Shown one piece after another: positions 1 through 30,616 of a DNA stretch of 64,000 nt; within the stretch, counting starts at the first letter, position 1, and each line of letters begins with the position of its first letter. Source of the stretch: the human T2T-CHM13v2.0 reference genome, Homo sapiens. The position numbers and the translations under genes were made by a program. A model generated the notes under the pieces. It worked only from the letters and a program-made list of their open reading frames with translations, was not told the origin of the DNA and ran no database searches. Location of the stretch: assembly GCF_009914755.1 (NCBI RefSeq), contig NC_060926.1. The stretch is one strand, 5' to 3'.

Positions 1-160
1 CCCTGTCTCAAAAAAAAAAAAAAATCCAGGCTATCATTAAAAAGTCTTAATTGATTGTATAACCATTTTCCTTGTGAAATCAGTTGTCTTTAAATATTGA
101 AATATGGCATTTAGCTTGAGGATGGAGCAACTACACAACTTTGAAAACACTTTTTTCCAG

Positions 161-367
161 GTGCTCTGGACCCCTCGGGTGCTGTCAAATGGCGTCCAGT
201 TCTCGCGCATCAGTCCAGATGGTGAAGAAGGCTACCCCGGAGAGTTAAAAGTCTGGGTGACATACACCCTGGATGGCGGAGAGCTCATAGTCAACTACAG
301 AGCACAAGCCAGTCAGGCCACACCAGTCAACCTGACCAACCATTCTTACTTCAACCTGGCAGGCCAG
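161..367 (+). CDS. GALM: GALM coding exon (exon 3 of the known gene), 207 nt, phase 0/0, VLWTPR...NLTNHSYFNLAGQ
   Basis: Acceptor ttttttccag at 151-160 and donor CAG|gtaagt at 368. The translation has the aldose 1-epimerase motifs DGEEGYPG and NLTNHSYFNL; the catalytic His176 codon CAT is at 341-343. Confidence 0.98.
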
Positions 368-1229
368 GTAAGTGAACTTGTTTCTTCTTTCCTGCTTCGT
401 GCTTTGTGGAATGTCCTGGGCTGTGGCTAGAGAGATCAGAGTAGTGTGGAATTGCTGTGGCAGTGAGGTCACCCTCATGATGATGAAAAGGGCCCAGCAG
501 AGGGCTTATAGTAGGTGCTCAATAATTGAAAATTATAGAGAAAGACAGAATGATTACATTGTACTGCCAAGAGAAGTACCTGTTTCCCGTTTGCTTCAGA
601 CAAGTAACTAGCTGTTTCAAGAACTCCCTCTCAGAATCTAATTGTAACATGTGCTTATATTTGCTTCCCTTATTCCACGTCTACTCCCTGCAAATTTGTT
701 CCAATTAAGGTGCCTTCCACCCTTGGAGCTTTGGAAATGGGCATGGTCCAGCTCCTTTAGATATGCTGCCAATATGTGTGTGCTTCCCCTGTGAGCCTGC
801 CAGCTCCTCCCAGGGGTTTGGGTGGGCCAGTCCTGCCCTGCGCAGTACCGTGGAAAGAGCACTGGACTTGGATTTAGAAGACCTGGTTTTTTTAGCTTAA
901 TAAAGGCATATTCTCAATTTCATAGTAATAACACTACCTACTATTTGTCAGCTGCTGTTAGAAGCCCTTTATGAAGTTGTTGGTTAAGACACTAAAATCA
1001 ACCCAGCAGAGGGATAAACCCCAGTGGGGGACCACTTGAACTGCCCACATAAGAGTGGTGTAGAGCTGCTGACAACCCCCCTTAAGTGATCCCTTCTGAA
1101 CTACCTCATTCCCTCCTAAAGGTAACAGTTTAGCTCATTGAGGAGGATATCATATCAGACAGAATAAAAAGCTTAGCTAAACTCTGTAGATTATATCTAT
1201 TACTTCCTCTTTATCTGAAGAACTCATCA

Positions 1230-1490
1230 TTGTCTACTATACTTGACTCACTTTGGCCTGATTTTCTACCGCAAGATGGTGTTCACAGTCAGCTAGTAAT
1301 ATCTCACCTTTTTATACTGTTTCAGGAGTTTGCTGATGATCTGCTGGATTCTGTTTTCTAGAATTTTCCCAAATTGCAGAGTTAATTGGTTCTTGTAAAA
1401 TTTCCAAAGTTCTCCCTTTAAAAAAGTTGACCCTTCACTTGCGGGTTCCTTATCCTCAGGAACTTTCACCATCCTTCTTGAAATCTTAAA
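1230..1490 (-). mobile_element. Possible ancient CR1/L3 LINE RT fragment
   Basis: The minus strand around 1357-1405 resembles a degenerate GNYRPISL...GKILE RT motif. It is frameshifted and highly decayed. Confidence 0.35.
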
Positions 1491-1495
1491 AACAA

Positions 1496-1858
<363 letters not shown>

Positions 1859-2235
1859 TTAAAATAAGTTCAGAAACAAACGACAGAAATAGAAGAAAGT
1901 ATTGTTTTATGTAGGTAAAAAACTCGGTGATAATTCTGTTTTTTACATTTTTTGCATACTTAGGACATCCTATTTAATAATAGGGAGGGGAGATCTAAAG
2001 GAATAGATTAGAAATAAAAAGAGAAATTATGCATGCAGTATTCCATCTGCCAGTGTGTTCCAATGAAGGAGACAATATGGGAATGTTAGGTTTACTAAGG
2101 CTTTTTACGACTCTTCCAATCCTGCAGGGACTTGGAGTGACGGGTATTTCTGAATCTCTTTTCAGAGGCTGAATAGTTTCCTAGATCATAGACCCCACCC
2201 AAAAGCGCGGTCAATGAACTTCCTTCCGTATACCA

Positions 2236-2790
<555 letters not shown>

Positions 2791-3269
2791 TAGTAAGCGT
2801 AGCTTGAATCCACAGCCACTAACTTCAGGTTTGAAGGTGGATGGGGGCACCAGCCTTCCAAGGCACTCCGGTAGGAGTGGATGATCACCAAGCCAGACCT
2901 GGAGTCAAGGGCCTCTGCATCTTCAGAATATCTCTTGCCATACCTTGAGAAGCATTATCATATATCTCAAACCCTCCCCAGGCACATAGCTCAAAACCTG
3001 ATATTTAAATTAGTCAGCTCATCTTATATATTTTTGTTTGTTTTTTAAATTTAATAAGTGGTATTTTTGTTCTATTTGGGCCCAAGTATTGCTCATCACT
3101 TCTAAGTTTGAGGGTTGGAGACCTGGGGAGGAGGGGAGAACTGGCTTTGTCAAAGAATATAAAAGGTATGTAGGTTGCAGGTCGTTTTTTGTTTTATTTT
3201 ATTTTTCTGTTCCTTCCTGTGCCTAACACAAAACTGGGATAACTTTTTTTTTATTGAAACTTTACCTAA

Positions 3270-3723
3270 AGACCTGGGTGTGGTGGCTCATGCCTGTAAT
3301 CCCAGCACTTTGGAAGGCCAAGGTGGGAGCATCACTGGAGCCCAGGAGTTCAAGACCAGACCGGGCAACATAGAGAGATCCCCCATCTCTAAAAACAAAC
3401 AAACAGGCTGGGTGCGGCAGCTCACGCCTGTAATCCCAGCACTTGGGAGGCCAAGGTGGGCAGATCACTTGAGGTCAGGAGTTCAAGACCAACCTGCCCA
3501 ACATGGTAAAAACCCGTCTCCACTAAAAATACAAAAAATTAGCTGGGCGTTGTGGTAGATGCCTGCAATCCCAGCTAATCAGGAGGCCGAGGCATGAGAA
3601 TTGCTTGAACCCAGGAGACGGAGGTTGCAGTGAGCCAAGATTGCGCCACTGGACTCCATCTTGGATGACACAGTGAGACTGTGTTTTTATAAACAATAAA
3701 AACAAACAAACAAAAAAACAACA
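3270..3723 (+). mobile_element. Alu left monomer followed by full AluS
   Basis: Alu consensus similarity with A-rich tails. Confidence 0.9.
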
Positions 3724-3739
3724 GAAACTTTACCGAAAG

Positions 3740-4278
3740 AGTTATGAAAGCAGGTCTGGGGGAATTCGAGATGAAAAGCAATAGCATGTGGTACATGACA
3801 GGTAGACATGTCATTAAGGACCCAGGTTCTTCCAGTTTTCCATCTGCTTCCTCAGTATTTTGGCTTTTGTCTTCAGGCTTGTCCCCTCATGGCCACAGCT
3901 CCAGGAATCACCTCCTCATATAGTCACATCCAGAGACAAAAAGACCCATTCCATTTTTCATATCTCTAATGTCCTCTTTTTAAGAAAAAGCAATGCTTTT
4001 CCTAGAAGCCCTCCAGCCAACTTTCTCTGATTTCTCATTGGCCAGAAGTGTGGCCTATGCTCTGCCTAACCCAATCGCCAGCAAGGGAATTAGGCCATGA
4101 TGATTGGCTTAGACCAGTCAAAATTTGCCCTCTGGAAATGGAGCGGGGGTGGGTCCTCTTCCCTGAATATCTGGTCTAGCATAGGATAAATCAACAAGCC
4201 TAGTTTCTGCCTGGGGGCACAGAGTTGCTGGTAAAAGAGTTGCCATGGCTTGTGGGTAGTAACCCACAGTGTCTGTAC
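3740..4278 (-). mobile_element. MaLR solo LTR (MLT1J/K-like)
   Basis: Characteristic motifs ggacccaggttcttcca, ctcattggccagaa and gattggcttagacc. Confidence 0.6.
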
Positions 4279-4536
4279 CCTCCTGCTAGAGGTGATGAGA
4301 GCTGAGTTAAGGCTGTGGTAGTGATATTGCACAATGTCTTTAAAGTCCCCTGCAAATCATAATGGGCTCTATAAATGGTTAATGTTACAAACAGGTAGCA
4401 GCCAAGCAAAGTTAACCAAAACAAACACTGAACCCAGAGATGGGCCTCAAGGTCTGTTTGTGAATCAGCATTTCTTGCCAAGTTTTCATCAGCCTTGAAA
4501 GGAAATGATTCCAACAGTAATATTCCACCAGAGTAG

Positions 4537-5496
<960 letters not shown>

Positions 5497-5513
5497 AGAA
5501 AGTGGAAATTTCT

Positions 5514-5720
5514 AAGCAGCTTTATTTATAATAGTAAAACACTGGAAGCAACCCAGAAGTCTATCAACAGGAGAATGGATAAACAAATTGTGATACAGTC
5601 ATACAACGGAATACTACTCAACAATACAAAGGAATATAACATGGATGATCCCAGTAGCATTATGTTGTGTGGAAGTAACAAGGCACCAAAGAATATGTAC
5701 TGCATACTTCTGTTTCTAAG
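5514..5720 (+). mobile_element. Old L1M 3'-end fragment
   Basis: gcagctttatttataatag...gaatggataaacaaattgtg...ggaatactactc is typical of L1M 3' ends. Confidence 0.75.
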
Positions 5721-6360
5721 GAGGCAGGCACCTAGGAAACAGAGTGAAGACCTGAATTAATGCTAGGCCAGGAGTCTGGAGAATGGCTTTGCCTCCTGCA
5801 GGTGTCCTCATTGGATGACATTACATAGCTTGTGTTCCTCCAGGCTTATTTGTGCACAGGAAGTATGGAGGTGCTTTGGTCCACCTGGGTTCTCTTTTTC
5901 TAACACTATTCAGCTCTGTATGTGGGCTGCAGCTCCCAGTTTAGCGCCACCAAGGCCTGGAACCCAACCTTCACACCCCTTGTCTCAACTGACCCAAAGC
6001 CCTCTGTGTTGAGCTGAGTAGTGAACAAATAGCGCCAAGGAAATACAGTAGTCCCAAATTCTCTTCCCTCAGCTCCTCTCCCACAGTCCCAGGGGCATCT
6101 CCAGGTGCTGGCACTACCCTGAGGCATGCGAGGATGGCAGGAGAGAGAGCCGCACAGAAGAGACATCCTCTCTAGGCTAGACCTGCTCTAGGCAGGGGTA
6201 CAGACCCTCTCCCATCTTGGACCTGCTGCCCCAGCTCACAGCAGAGTGAGCTGTAGAAAGTGCAGAGGAGAGGCCTTTGCCCTGGCTTTGTCCCCCACCC
6301 ACTCATACCCCTGCCCAGCACACACCCACTGGGAGAAAACAAGAGCATCATAGTTCTTCT

Positions 6361-7459
<1,099 letters not shown>

Positions 7460-7744
7460 GTCAAATGTCAAATATCCCCTGAGAGACAAAATTATCCCCA
7501 ATTGAGAACCACTAGTTTAGCTCATCTTTGAGCATTCACTGAGCAAAAGCCCTCACTTGGTTTCCCTTCCACATCTTCTGGTGTGAAGCTTTAAAATATG
7601 TTGCTATTGATAATATAAAATAATATTTGTACTAGAAACATGCATGTATAAAGTTATTTGCCGATTTGCAAACAACACAATGCACCTTTCCTACACTGTT
7701 ATTCACAAGGACCCTGGAAAAGGTAGAGGCATCATTAGCCCAAA

Positions 7745-8052
7745 TTTATTTTATTTTATTTATTTTGAGATGGAGTTTTGCTCTTGATGCCCAGGCTGGA
7801 GTGCAATGGCACGCGCGATCTTGGCTCACCGCAACCTCCACCTCCCGGGTTCAAGCAATTCTCCTGCCTCAGCCTCCTGAGTAGCTGAGATTACAGGCAT
7901 GTGCCACCACACCTGGCTAATTTTGTATTTTTAGTAGAGACGGGGCTTCTTCTTTTTGGTCAGGCTGGTCTCGAACTCCTGACCTCAGGTGATCCGCCTG
8001 CCTCGGCCTCCCAAAATGCTGGGATTACAGGCATGAGCCACCGCGCCCGGCC
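7745..8052 (-). mobile_element. AluS
   Basis: TSD tcattagcccaa. Confidence 0.95.
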
Positions 8053-8745
8053 TCATTAGCCCAATTTTAAACCAAAGGAAATGAGAGTCTATGAGGTTAA
8101 ATGAATTCCCTGGGACCACTCAGGAAGAGCTGGAACTAGACCCCAGGCCTTCTGACACTGACCAGTACACCAGCCTTTGACTCCCCTGCAAAGGCCAGGC
8201 TGCATCTTCATGGAGGAGGTGGGCAAATTCTCAAAAGCAGGGACTGCGGTTCTGACACCTGGGCTTCTGTCATGGAGCAGAGAGTGGGGCCTCTGTGTGG
8301 AAACTGGGCTAGAGGGGGGTGCCAGGTGCACCCCCAGGAGTGAGCCTGGAGCAGTACCCTGACCTCTCAGGATGTGTGTGTTCCTGGTTACCAGTCATTG
8401 CTCTTCTGTTTGCCTGGCAAGTGAGAAGAATAGAAGAAACACCTCCACTAATAAGCCAAGGTCCAAAAGGCTTTCAAACCACTGTGGTCTCTGACTTTTC
8501 ACCTTCATATTCTATTTAGAAAAGAAAATGCATGCACACTTGAAAGTTTCTTCCAAATTTATCTGTTGCTATTTTGAGGCCTTATCTACCTCCACTTAGT
8601 TGATTATATTTAATCATGACCATCAGCCAAACAAGATTTTAAAAGTTTTTGTCAATGCCTGAAAACATTTTTGCAAGATAAGTTAAAAAACAAATACATG
8701 AAATAAGACTAAGCAGAAAACCTTTCCCCTACCTTTTCCTCCCAG

Positions 8746-8827
8746 GCTTCCCCAAATATAAATGACCATGAAGTCACCATAGAAGCGGATACTTATTTGC
8801 CTGTGGATGAAACCCTGATTCCTACAG
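8746..8827 (+). CDS. GALM: GALM coding exon 4, 82 nt, ASPNINDHEVTIEADTYLPVDETLIPT(G)
   Basis: Strong polypyrimidine tract cctttcccctaccttttcctcccag and donor CAG|gttggt. The YLPVDETLIPTG motif is typical of mutarotases and the exon joins exons 3 and 5 in frame. It is absent from the ORF track because it is short. Confidence 0.96.
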
Positions 8828-8884
8828 GTTGGTGAATTTAACCTTTTTGTGTTATGTGGGATCATGGATTGGCTCTCGAGGCCA

Positions 8885-9097
8885 AGAAAGGACATTAGTG
8901 GAGAAAGCGGTGAAATCTTAATAAAGTCTACAGTTTAGTTAATAGAATTATTCTAGTGGTAATTTCTTAGTTTTGATATGTGTACTGTGTTTATGTAAAA
9001 TGTTAGCATGAGGGAAAGCTGGGACAGAGATGCAGTATTTTTACCACTTTTCTGTAAGTCTAAAATTATTTCAAAATTTCAAAAATTTTTAAAAAAT
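8885..9097 (+). mobile_element. L1M 3'-terminal fragment
   Basis: ggacattagtgg...aatttcttagttttgat...ttttctgtaagtctaaaattatttcaaaat. Confidence 0.7.
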
Positions 9098-9122
9098 GGT
9101 GAGTAAGATAATACTTTACTGG

Positions 9123-14265
<5,143 letters not shown>

Positions 14266-14606
14266 GTTTCAAAAAAAGAAAGCAAACTTACAGACATAGT
14301 TAAAGAAAAGCTGTACCATTTACAGGGTGGCGTTCAGCTATCTGGAGCAGTCCCTTATGGTGGGTACTTCATTTATCCTGGGGAGATGCTGGATAATGAG
14401 TTCGTTTTAGACCCTTTGCTCTACCTGGCTTTTCCTGGGGTGGCTGCTTGGTTGTGCTGAAACCCTCAGAAATCAACAGTAGAAAACTTCTCTAAAACAG
14501 CTTTGGCCTTTTTGCATATGAATGACTTTTACTGCGTAAATCAGTTATTTTGCTTACCATCCTAGTCCTCTGCTTTCCACCCCAAATCCTTGTTTATGTG
14601 TGTGTG

Positions 14607-19965
<5,359 letters not shown>

Positions 19966-21754
19966 ACATGTCAGGCATTTAGCTTCAGGACCTGATTCTA
20001 GTTCCCTGCCCTGTGGCAACAAGTAGAAACAGATCCCTGGTACCCTGCTTAAGTATTACACCAGCTAGATGTGAGCAGATGAGAAAATCAAATCCTTCTA
20101 TTTTGCCAGGGATTAATTCATTCTCAGGATTGTAAATATTACATTTCACCTTTCACCTCACAGAACTGTAGAATTAGGAGGTGAGCTGGGCAGCCTGCCC
20201 AGCAAGACATTATGATGTATACAATACAGTGCACTACTAAGGATGTGTCTTTAAAGGCATTTACAGCACACAGTTTTTTTTTTCCTTATAATTTTGCTGC
20301 TCTTTATTTGTAGTAGTAGATAAGGAATTAAGAAAGCAAAAATGAGTGCTTTGACTAGGTCTTTTGCCTTTGAAAGTAGCATTAGTAAAATCCCCTCTTC
20401 TTTTTTATTCTTATAAAATTTACCCAATTCACTCTGTCCCCCAGCCCATCTGTGTTCACTTGCTGTTCTTGCTGCTCTCAGTTTTTAAAAGCTTATTCTA
20501 AAATTACATGAAAGCAACCCCATTTTGACAAAATTAGAATTCTGGTAGGAAACGCTTGCCATGAGGCTGTGGAGAGAGGCCCAGCAAGACTTTTGTATTT
20601 TATTTCAACCTCTGTCGGTTAAACCTACAATTCGGCAGATGATATAATTACCTCCCTGGGGCAGGTCTCTATCTCTGCCTTGGAGAAATAGCAAAGTCCA
20701 AAGTAGTCTCCTCATTCAAAGATGTTGCAAACGAAGGCTGTTTTGATCTTTATGTATTAGCATTTGGGTGTTAACCTTTCTGGAGCTCCTGACAGAAAAT
20801 TCCTTTAAATTTATTATATAATTCTAAAATATTGGACATATTTGTTTCAAGCATCTGTCAGTATCCTTACTCTTTCCATTTCACTCCCCACTGCCTTAAT
20901 TAGTCATCAGGTCCTACTGATTTTTAACTCCTAAGCATTTCTCAAATCTGTCTCCTCAGTATGTATTGTTGGTTATATAACTCCATCTCCATTTTCACTG
21001 TGCTGCTTTAGACTATCTTTTCTTGTCTAGATTAGTGCCTGGCTTATATTATGGGCTTCATAAAGTGGGATCAATGAATGAATGATTCATAATCTGGACA
21101 ACTGCACTCTAACACCTAACTGGAAAAAAAAAAATCTTAAGATCTATCTTCCATGTAAAAGCATCTATCTAAAATGCAAATCTTACTTTGATAATCTCCA
21201 GGTTAATAAACCTCTTAGACGGCTCTCAGGACTCCCCAAAACCATCTCTCATTTCACTGATCAAAAAAATAAAAATTTAAAAATTTTAAAACTTAAAAAA
21301 AAAATTGAACATTTCACTGGTCAAAAAACAAAAACAAAAATGATCTCCGAGCATGCCTCCCTCACACCCCACCCTGCTGTGCATCCCTTTCCCACCCCCA
21401 GCCTACAGAGACCACCCAATAACCTCTTCTTTGCTACATGACCCTTACCCTCCTTCTTCAAGAGTCATACTTTCTCCTTAGAAACTTTTCCCCCCACTTT
21501 CTGGAAACTGTAGATTCTTTCTTGCTTATGGTTTTTGTAATGACATCAGCCATTTAGAATTCATGATGTGGCCAGTCTCTGCTATCTGCCTCTCCACAGA
21601 GCTTGCTCAGATAATCCATCAGGATTTAGTCACAGATCCAAAGTAGGGAGCTAGAAGGGAGCTTCAGGCTTGGTCTCTTCGGGTTGAAGCTAGAAAACTA
21701 ATCTATACTGAACACAAAAATGAAGCTGAGTAATAGCCAACCTATACATCCTAG

Positions 21755-23610
<1,856 letters not shown>

Positions 23611-24249
23611 AGTAAGGCTACAGATAAGAAAGTACTTGGACAACAGTAAAAAAGTTAAACTCATGACATTGGACCCTATGAAATGTGTTTACCCTAGAGC
23701 TGTTTATTGTATGATAGGTCCCTGCTAGATAGTATTCAAGGTTTAATGCAAAAACTCCAAGGACCTCTCTTGGTAGCAGTGGTATTCTTTAAGACGGCAC
23801 ATTACTGAATCCTTCCTGTAAAATGGTCACAAGATCATTTTTATGAGCCTCTAGAATAACTCCTGAAGCTACTCATGCTCCCTACTGGAAAACACATTAC
23901 TGTTACAAGATTGGCAAACATGAACCAGCATGGTAGAAATCTGGCAGGAAGAAAGCTCAAAATTTAGCACTTGGCCAGGCGATGTGTAATTCCTGTGAAA
24001 ATTGCAGGCTAACAGTCAGTGAATTTGTCAGAAGGGGAATTATTTGCTAGAGCTCTGACCACCACCCTTGGAGAGTTGATGGTTCACATCTACCCTTCCT
24101 CCAGCCCAGGTCTGGACAAGGGCTGCCTCTAGTTCATTCCTGGTGCATAGCCATCCTTAGTGGTCACTACATTCTGAAGGGGCTTAGTGGGACTGTGGGC
24201 CTTGGGCAACGGACCTGATGTTAACTCAAGTAAGTTCCCAGAGCAGATT

Positions 24250-26570
<2,321 letters not shown>

Positions 26571-26622
26571 ATAGGCCAATAACTGGTTCCCAACTAGGCA
26601 GCTTTCTTGAATACAGAACCCT

Positions 26623-27677
26623 GCCAGGCACAGTGCCTCACGCCTATAATCCCAGTCCTTTGGGTAGCTGAGTCGGAAGGATCACTTGAGGCCAGGAGTT
26701 CAGGACACAGCAAGACCCCATCTCTACAAAAAAAATATAAAAATTAGCAGCCGGGTGTGCTGGCTCATGCCTATAATCCCAGCACTCTGGGAGGCCGAGG
26801 TGGGTGGATCACTTGAGGTCAGGAGTTCAAGACCAGCCTGGCCAAAATGGTGAAACCCTGTCTCTACTAAAAATAAAAAATTAGCGAGGCGTGGTAGCAC
26901 ACACCTGTAATCCAAGCTGCTCGGTAGGCTAAGGCAGGAGAATCACCTGAAGCTGGGAGACGGAGGTTGCAGTGAGCCGAGGTCATGCCATTGCACTCCA
27001 GCATGGGCAACAGAGTGAGAAACTGTATCAAAAATAAAATAAAATAAAATAAAATAAAATAAAATAAAATAAAATAAAAAAGCCTGGCATGGTGGCTTGC
27101 ACCTGTAGTACCAGTTGCTTGGGAGACCGAGGCAAGAGTATCTCTTGAGCCCAGAGAGCTAGGGGCTACAGTGAGCTGTGATCACGCCACTGCACTCCAG
27201 CTGGGTGACAGAGCAAGACCCTGTCTCTAAAAAAATAAAAATAATAAAAATAAATAAAAAAGAATCCTGGGCCCCACCTCAGAGATTCTGATTCATTTGC
27301 TTTAGCACAGGGCCATGGAATCTGTCCCAGCATCCTAGAAGCTACCTCAGTGAGTTAACAGAAAGGACTGGTATTGAAAGTGCTGTCGCCTGGGCACAGT
27401 GGCTCAAGCCTGTAATCCCAGCACTTTGGGAGGCCGAGGCGGGCGGATCATGAGGTCAGGAGAGCGAGACCATCCCAGCTAACATGGTGAAACCCCACCT
27501 CTACTAAAAATATGAAAAATTAGCCAGGTATGGTGGCGGGCGCCTGTAGTCCCAGCTACTCAGGAAGAATGGCATGAACCCGGGTAGGCGGAGCTGGCAG
27601 TGAGCAAGATCATGCCATTGCACTCCAGCCTGGGTGATAGAGTGAGACTCTGTCTCAAGAAAAAAAAAAAAAAAAAA
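26623..27677 (+). mobile_element. Nested Alus (AluJ-like host with an AluS insert and (AAAAT)n tail, 26623-27260) and an AluY-like element with internal deletion (27388-27677)
   Basis: Alu consensus similarity; TSD gaaagtgctgtc; MER5A-like pieces flank the nest. Confidence 0.88.
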
Positions 27678-29041
27678 GAAAGTGCTGTCAACAAGCTGTG
27701 ACAAAGAGAAGGCTCCTCTGTGAGGCAGGGAAGTGGGGTCAAATAACAGTTTTTTTTGTTTGTTTGTTTGTTTTTTGAAGGAGAGGAGCTGATTTAGGAC
27801 AAGTAAAATGGTTGTCAGAGAGCAGAGGAATCCAGGGAAGGCTTGAGACCGTGAATCTGTGGTGGCCTCTGCCGGTGCTTCTGTGGGCTTTCTCCAGCTC
27901 TCTCGGCAGGGCGGAGTCAGGAGCAGAGAAGGCAAATGGTGGGATGACCTGAAGTTGGGGTTTTATCAGAGAGGAGGAGCAGGAGGACAGGGTGTAAGGC
28001 AGATCAAGGAGTGTTACTAAGGGTCTCAGGTCCTAGACAGTGGGCCTAGACAGGTAGGCAGTGAGGGTTGTGGGGGACAGGGAAGACGCGTGGCAAGGGG
28101 CCCTGAAAACCAGGGGAATATGGCAACATCAGGGGCCTGGCAGTCCCAGGAGGGGAGCAGGTCTAGCAGGAATGCCCTTGTGCCTGTGCAGGAGAGCAGC
28201 AGGACTAGGAGGCTGCAGACAGACAGTGGGTAACTGAAAGGTGAACTTTCTACTAGACAGCAAATCCCTGGATGTCATCCTGATGGATCTAAGATGAAAA
28301 ATACCCCACCATGAAAATGCCTTACGTGGTCCCAACCATGAAGCGTAAAATTGCCTTTTCACCTGAAAACGACCTGCAGCTTGGTTTAGCATTTTATGCT
28401 TCGGATGTCATGTAACATCCAGAAGCAATACCCTCCCCCGTTGCAAGTCAAGGTAAAATCAGAAAATGCTCGGTGGAAAGGAAAAAAAAAAAAAACATAA
28501 GACAAAAAGCCAGCAACAGAATAAAGCCGCAAACCCAAAGCACCAGCAGAGGAAAGGGAAAAAAACCTGCAGCATAGACAAGCTTTGATGTTGTGTGATC
28601 TGTGAAAAATGTATAGAAATGTTACCTTACCAAAAAATTCCCAAGGTGCTTTACTTGCCAACCACTGGAAGGAAGTAAAAATTCCCACCCAGGGTGTTAC
28701 TTTTAATTATCATCCTCTTTATGTTGTTTCCTAAAATAACAACAGGCATTCTAGAGATGATTTACGAAGATGGCTTAATGAGGTGTCAGATGAGTACCTG
28801 TGCCCATGAGCCCCTTTACCGCAGGCCTCCTTATGCAAATTTGACTGACTCTTCTGAGCCCGACTAGATAAAGAAACAGACATAATTGGAGCAGCTGGGC
28901 TGGAAGCACAGCTGGGCTATCCTCATGGAGACCAGACTCTAGCACCACGTGCTCTTCCTGCTGCCCCAGTGTCCCTCCCAACTTTTGCTTTTCAGAGCAG
29001 CAGCCCACCTGAACCTGGGGCTTCCTCAGATGATCTCCACA

Positions 29042-29210
29042 TCAGTGCTTGTCAGCATTCATGTGCACACAGATCACCTGTGCAACTTGTGAAAATGCAG
29101 ATTCAGACTCAGTGGCTGGAGTGGAGCCTCTGGATCTATGTGTCTAACAAGCCCCTGGGTGATGCATGTGGTCATCAGATGGTCCTAGGTCCACACTTGG
29201 AGGAGCTATT
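29042..29210. mobile_element. MER5A-like hAT element
   Basis: gatcacctg...aaaatgcagattc...tctaacaagc...ggtgatgc...ccacactt. Confidence 0.7.
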
Positions 29211-29222
29211 TAGAGCCTATAA

Positions 29223-30388
<1,166 letters not shown>

Positions 30389-30532
30389 TTACAGATAGCC
30401 TTTATGTGACTCGTGTTGAACTTGCTGTCAGCCATCATCCTTAAATTCATTTTCACCCATGCTGTGGATCAGCCACATTTCTTCCTAGTCAGTTATTATC
30501 ATAATAATTATACTTAATACTTATGAGAGTTA

Positions 30533-30615
30533 GTATAGCAAGGTGGTTAAGAACATAGTCTCTGGAATGAGACTGCCTAGTGAGAAGCACTATGATTAGC
30601 ACTGTGTGTTATCTG
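30533..30615 (+). mobile_element. MIR fragment (sense) abutting the array
   Basis: agtatagcaaggtggttaagaacatagtctctggaatgagactgcct resembles the MIR 5' head. Confidence 0.6.
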
Positions 30616-30616
30616 T

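Noticed and set aside
104-430. ORF-track extensions around the GALM exons (also 50279-50518 and 52494-52721)
   Set aside because: Sequence outside the AG/GT boundaries is intronic read-through; only the exon cores match mutarotase.
20692-20700. HNF4-type CAAAGTCCA motif (also on the minus strand at about 62779)
   Set aside because: A 9-mer is expected about once by chance in 64 kb; there is no supporting evidence.
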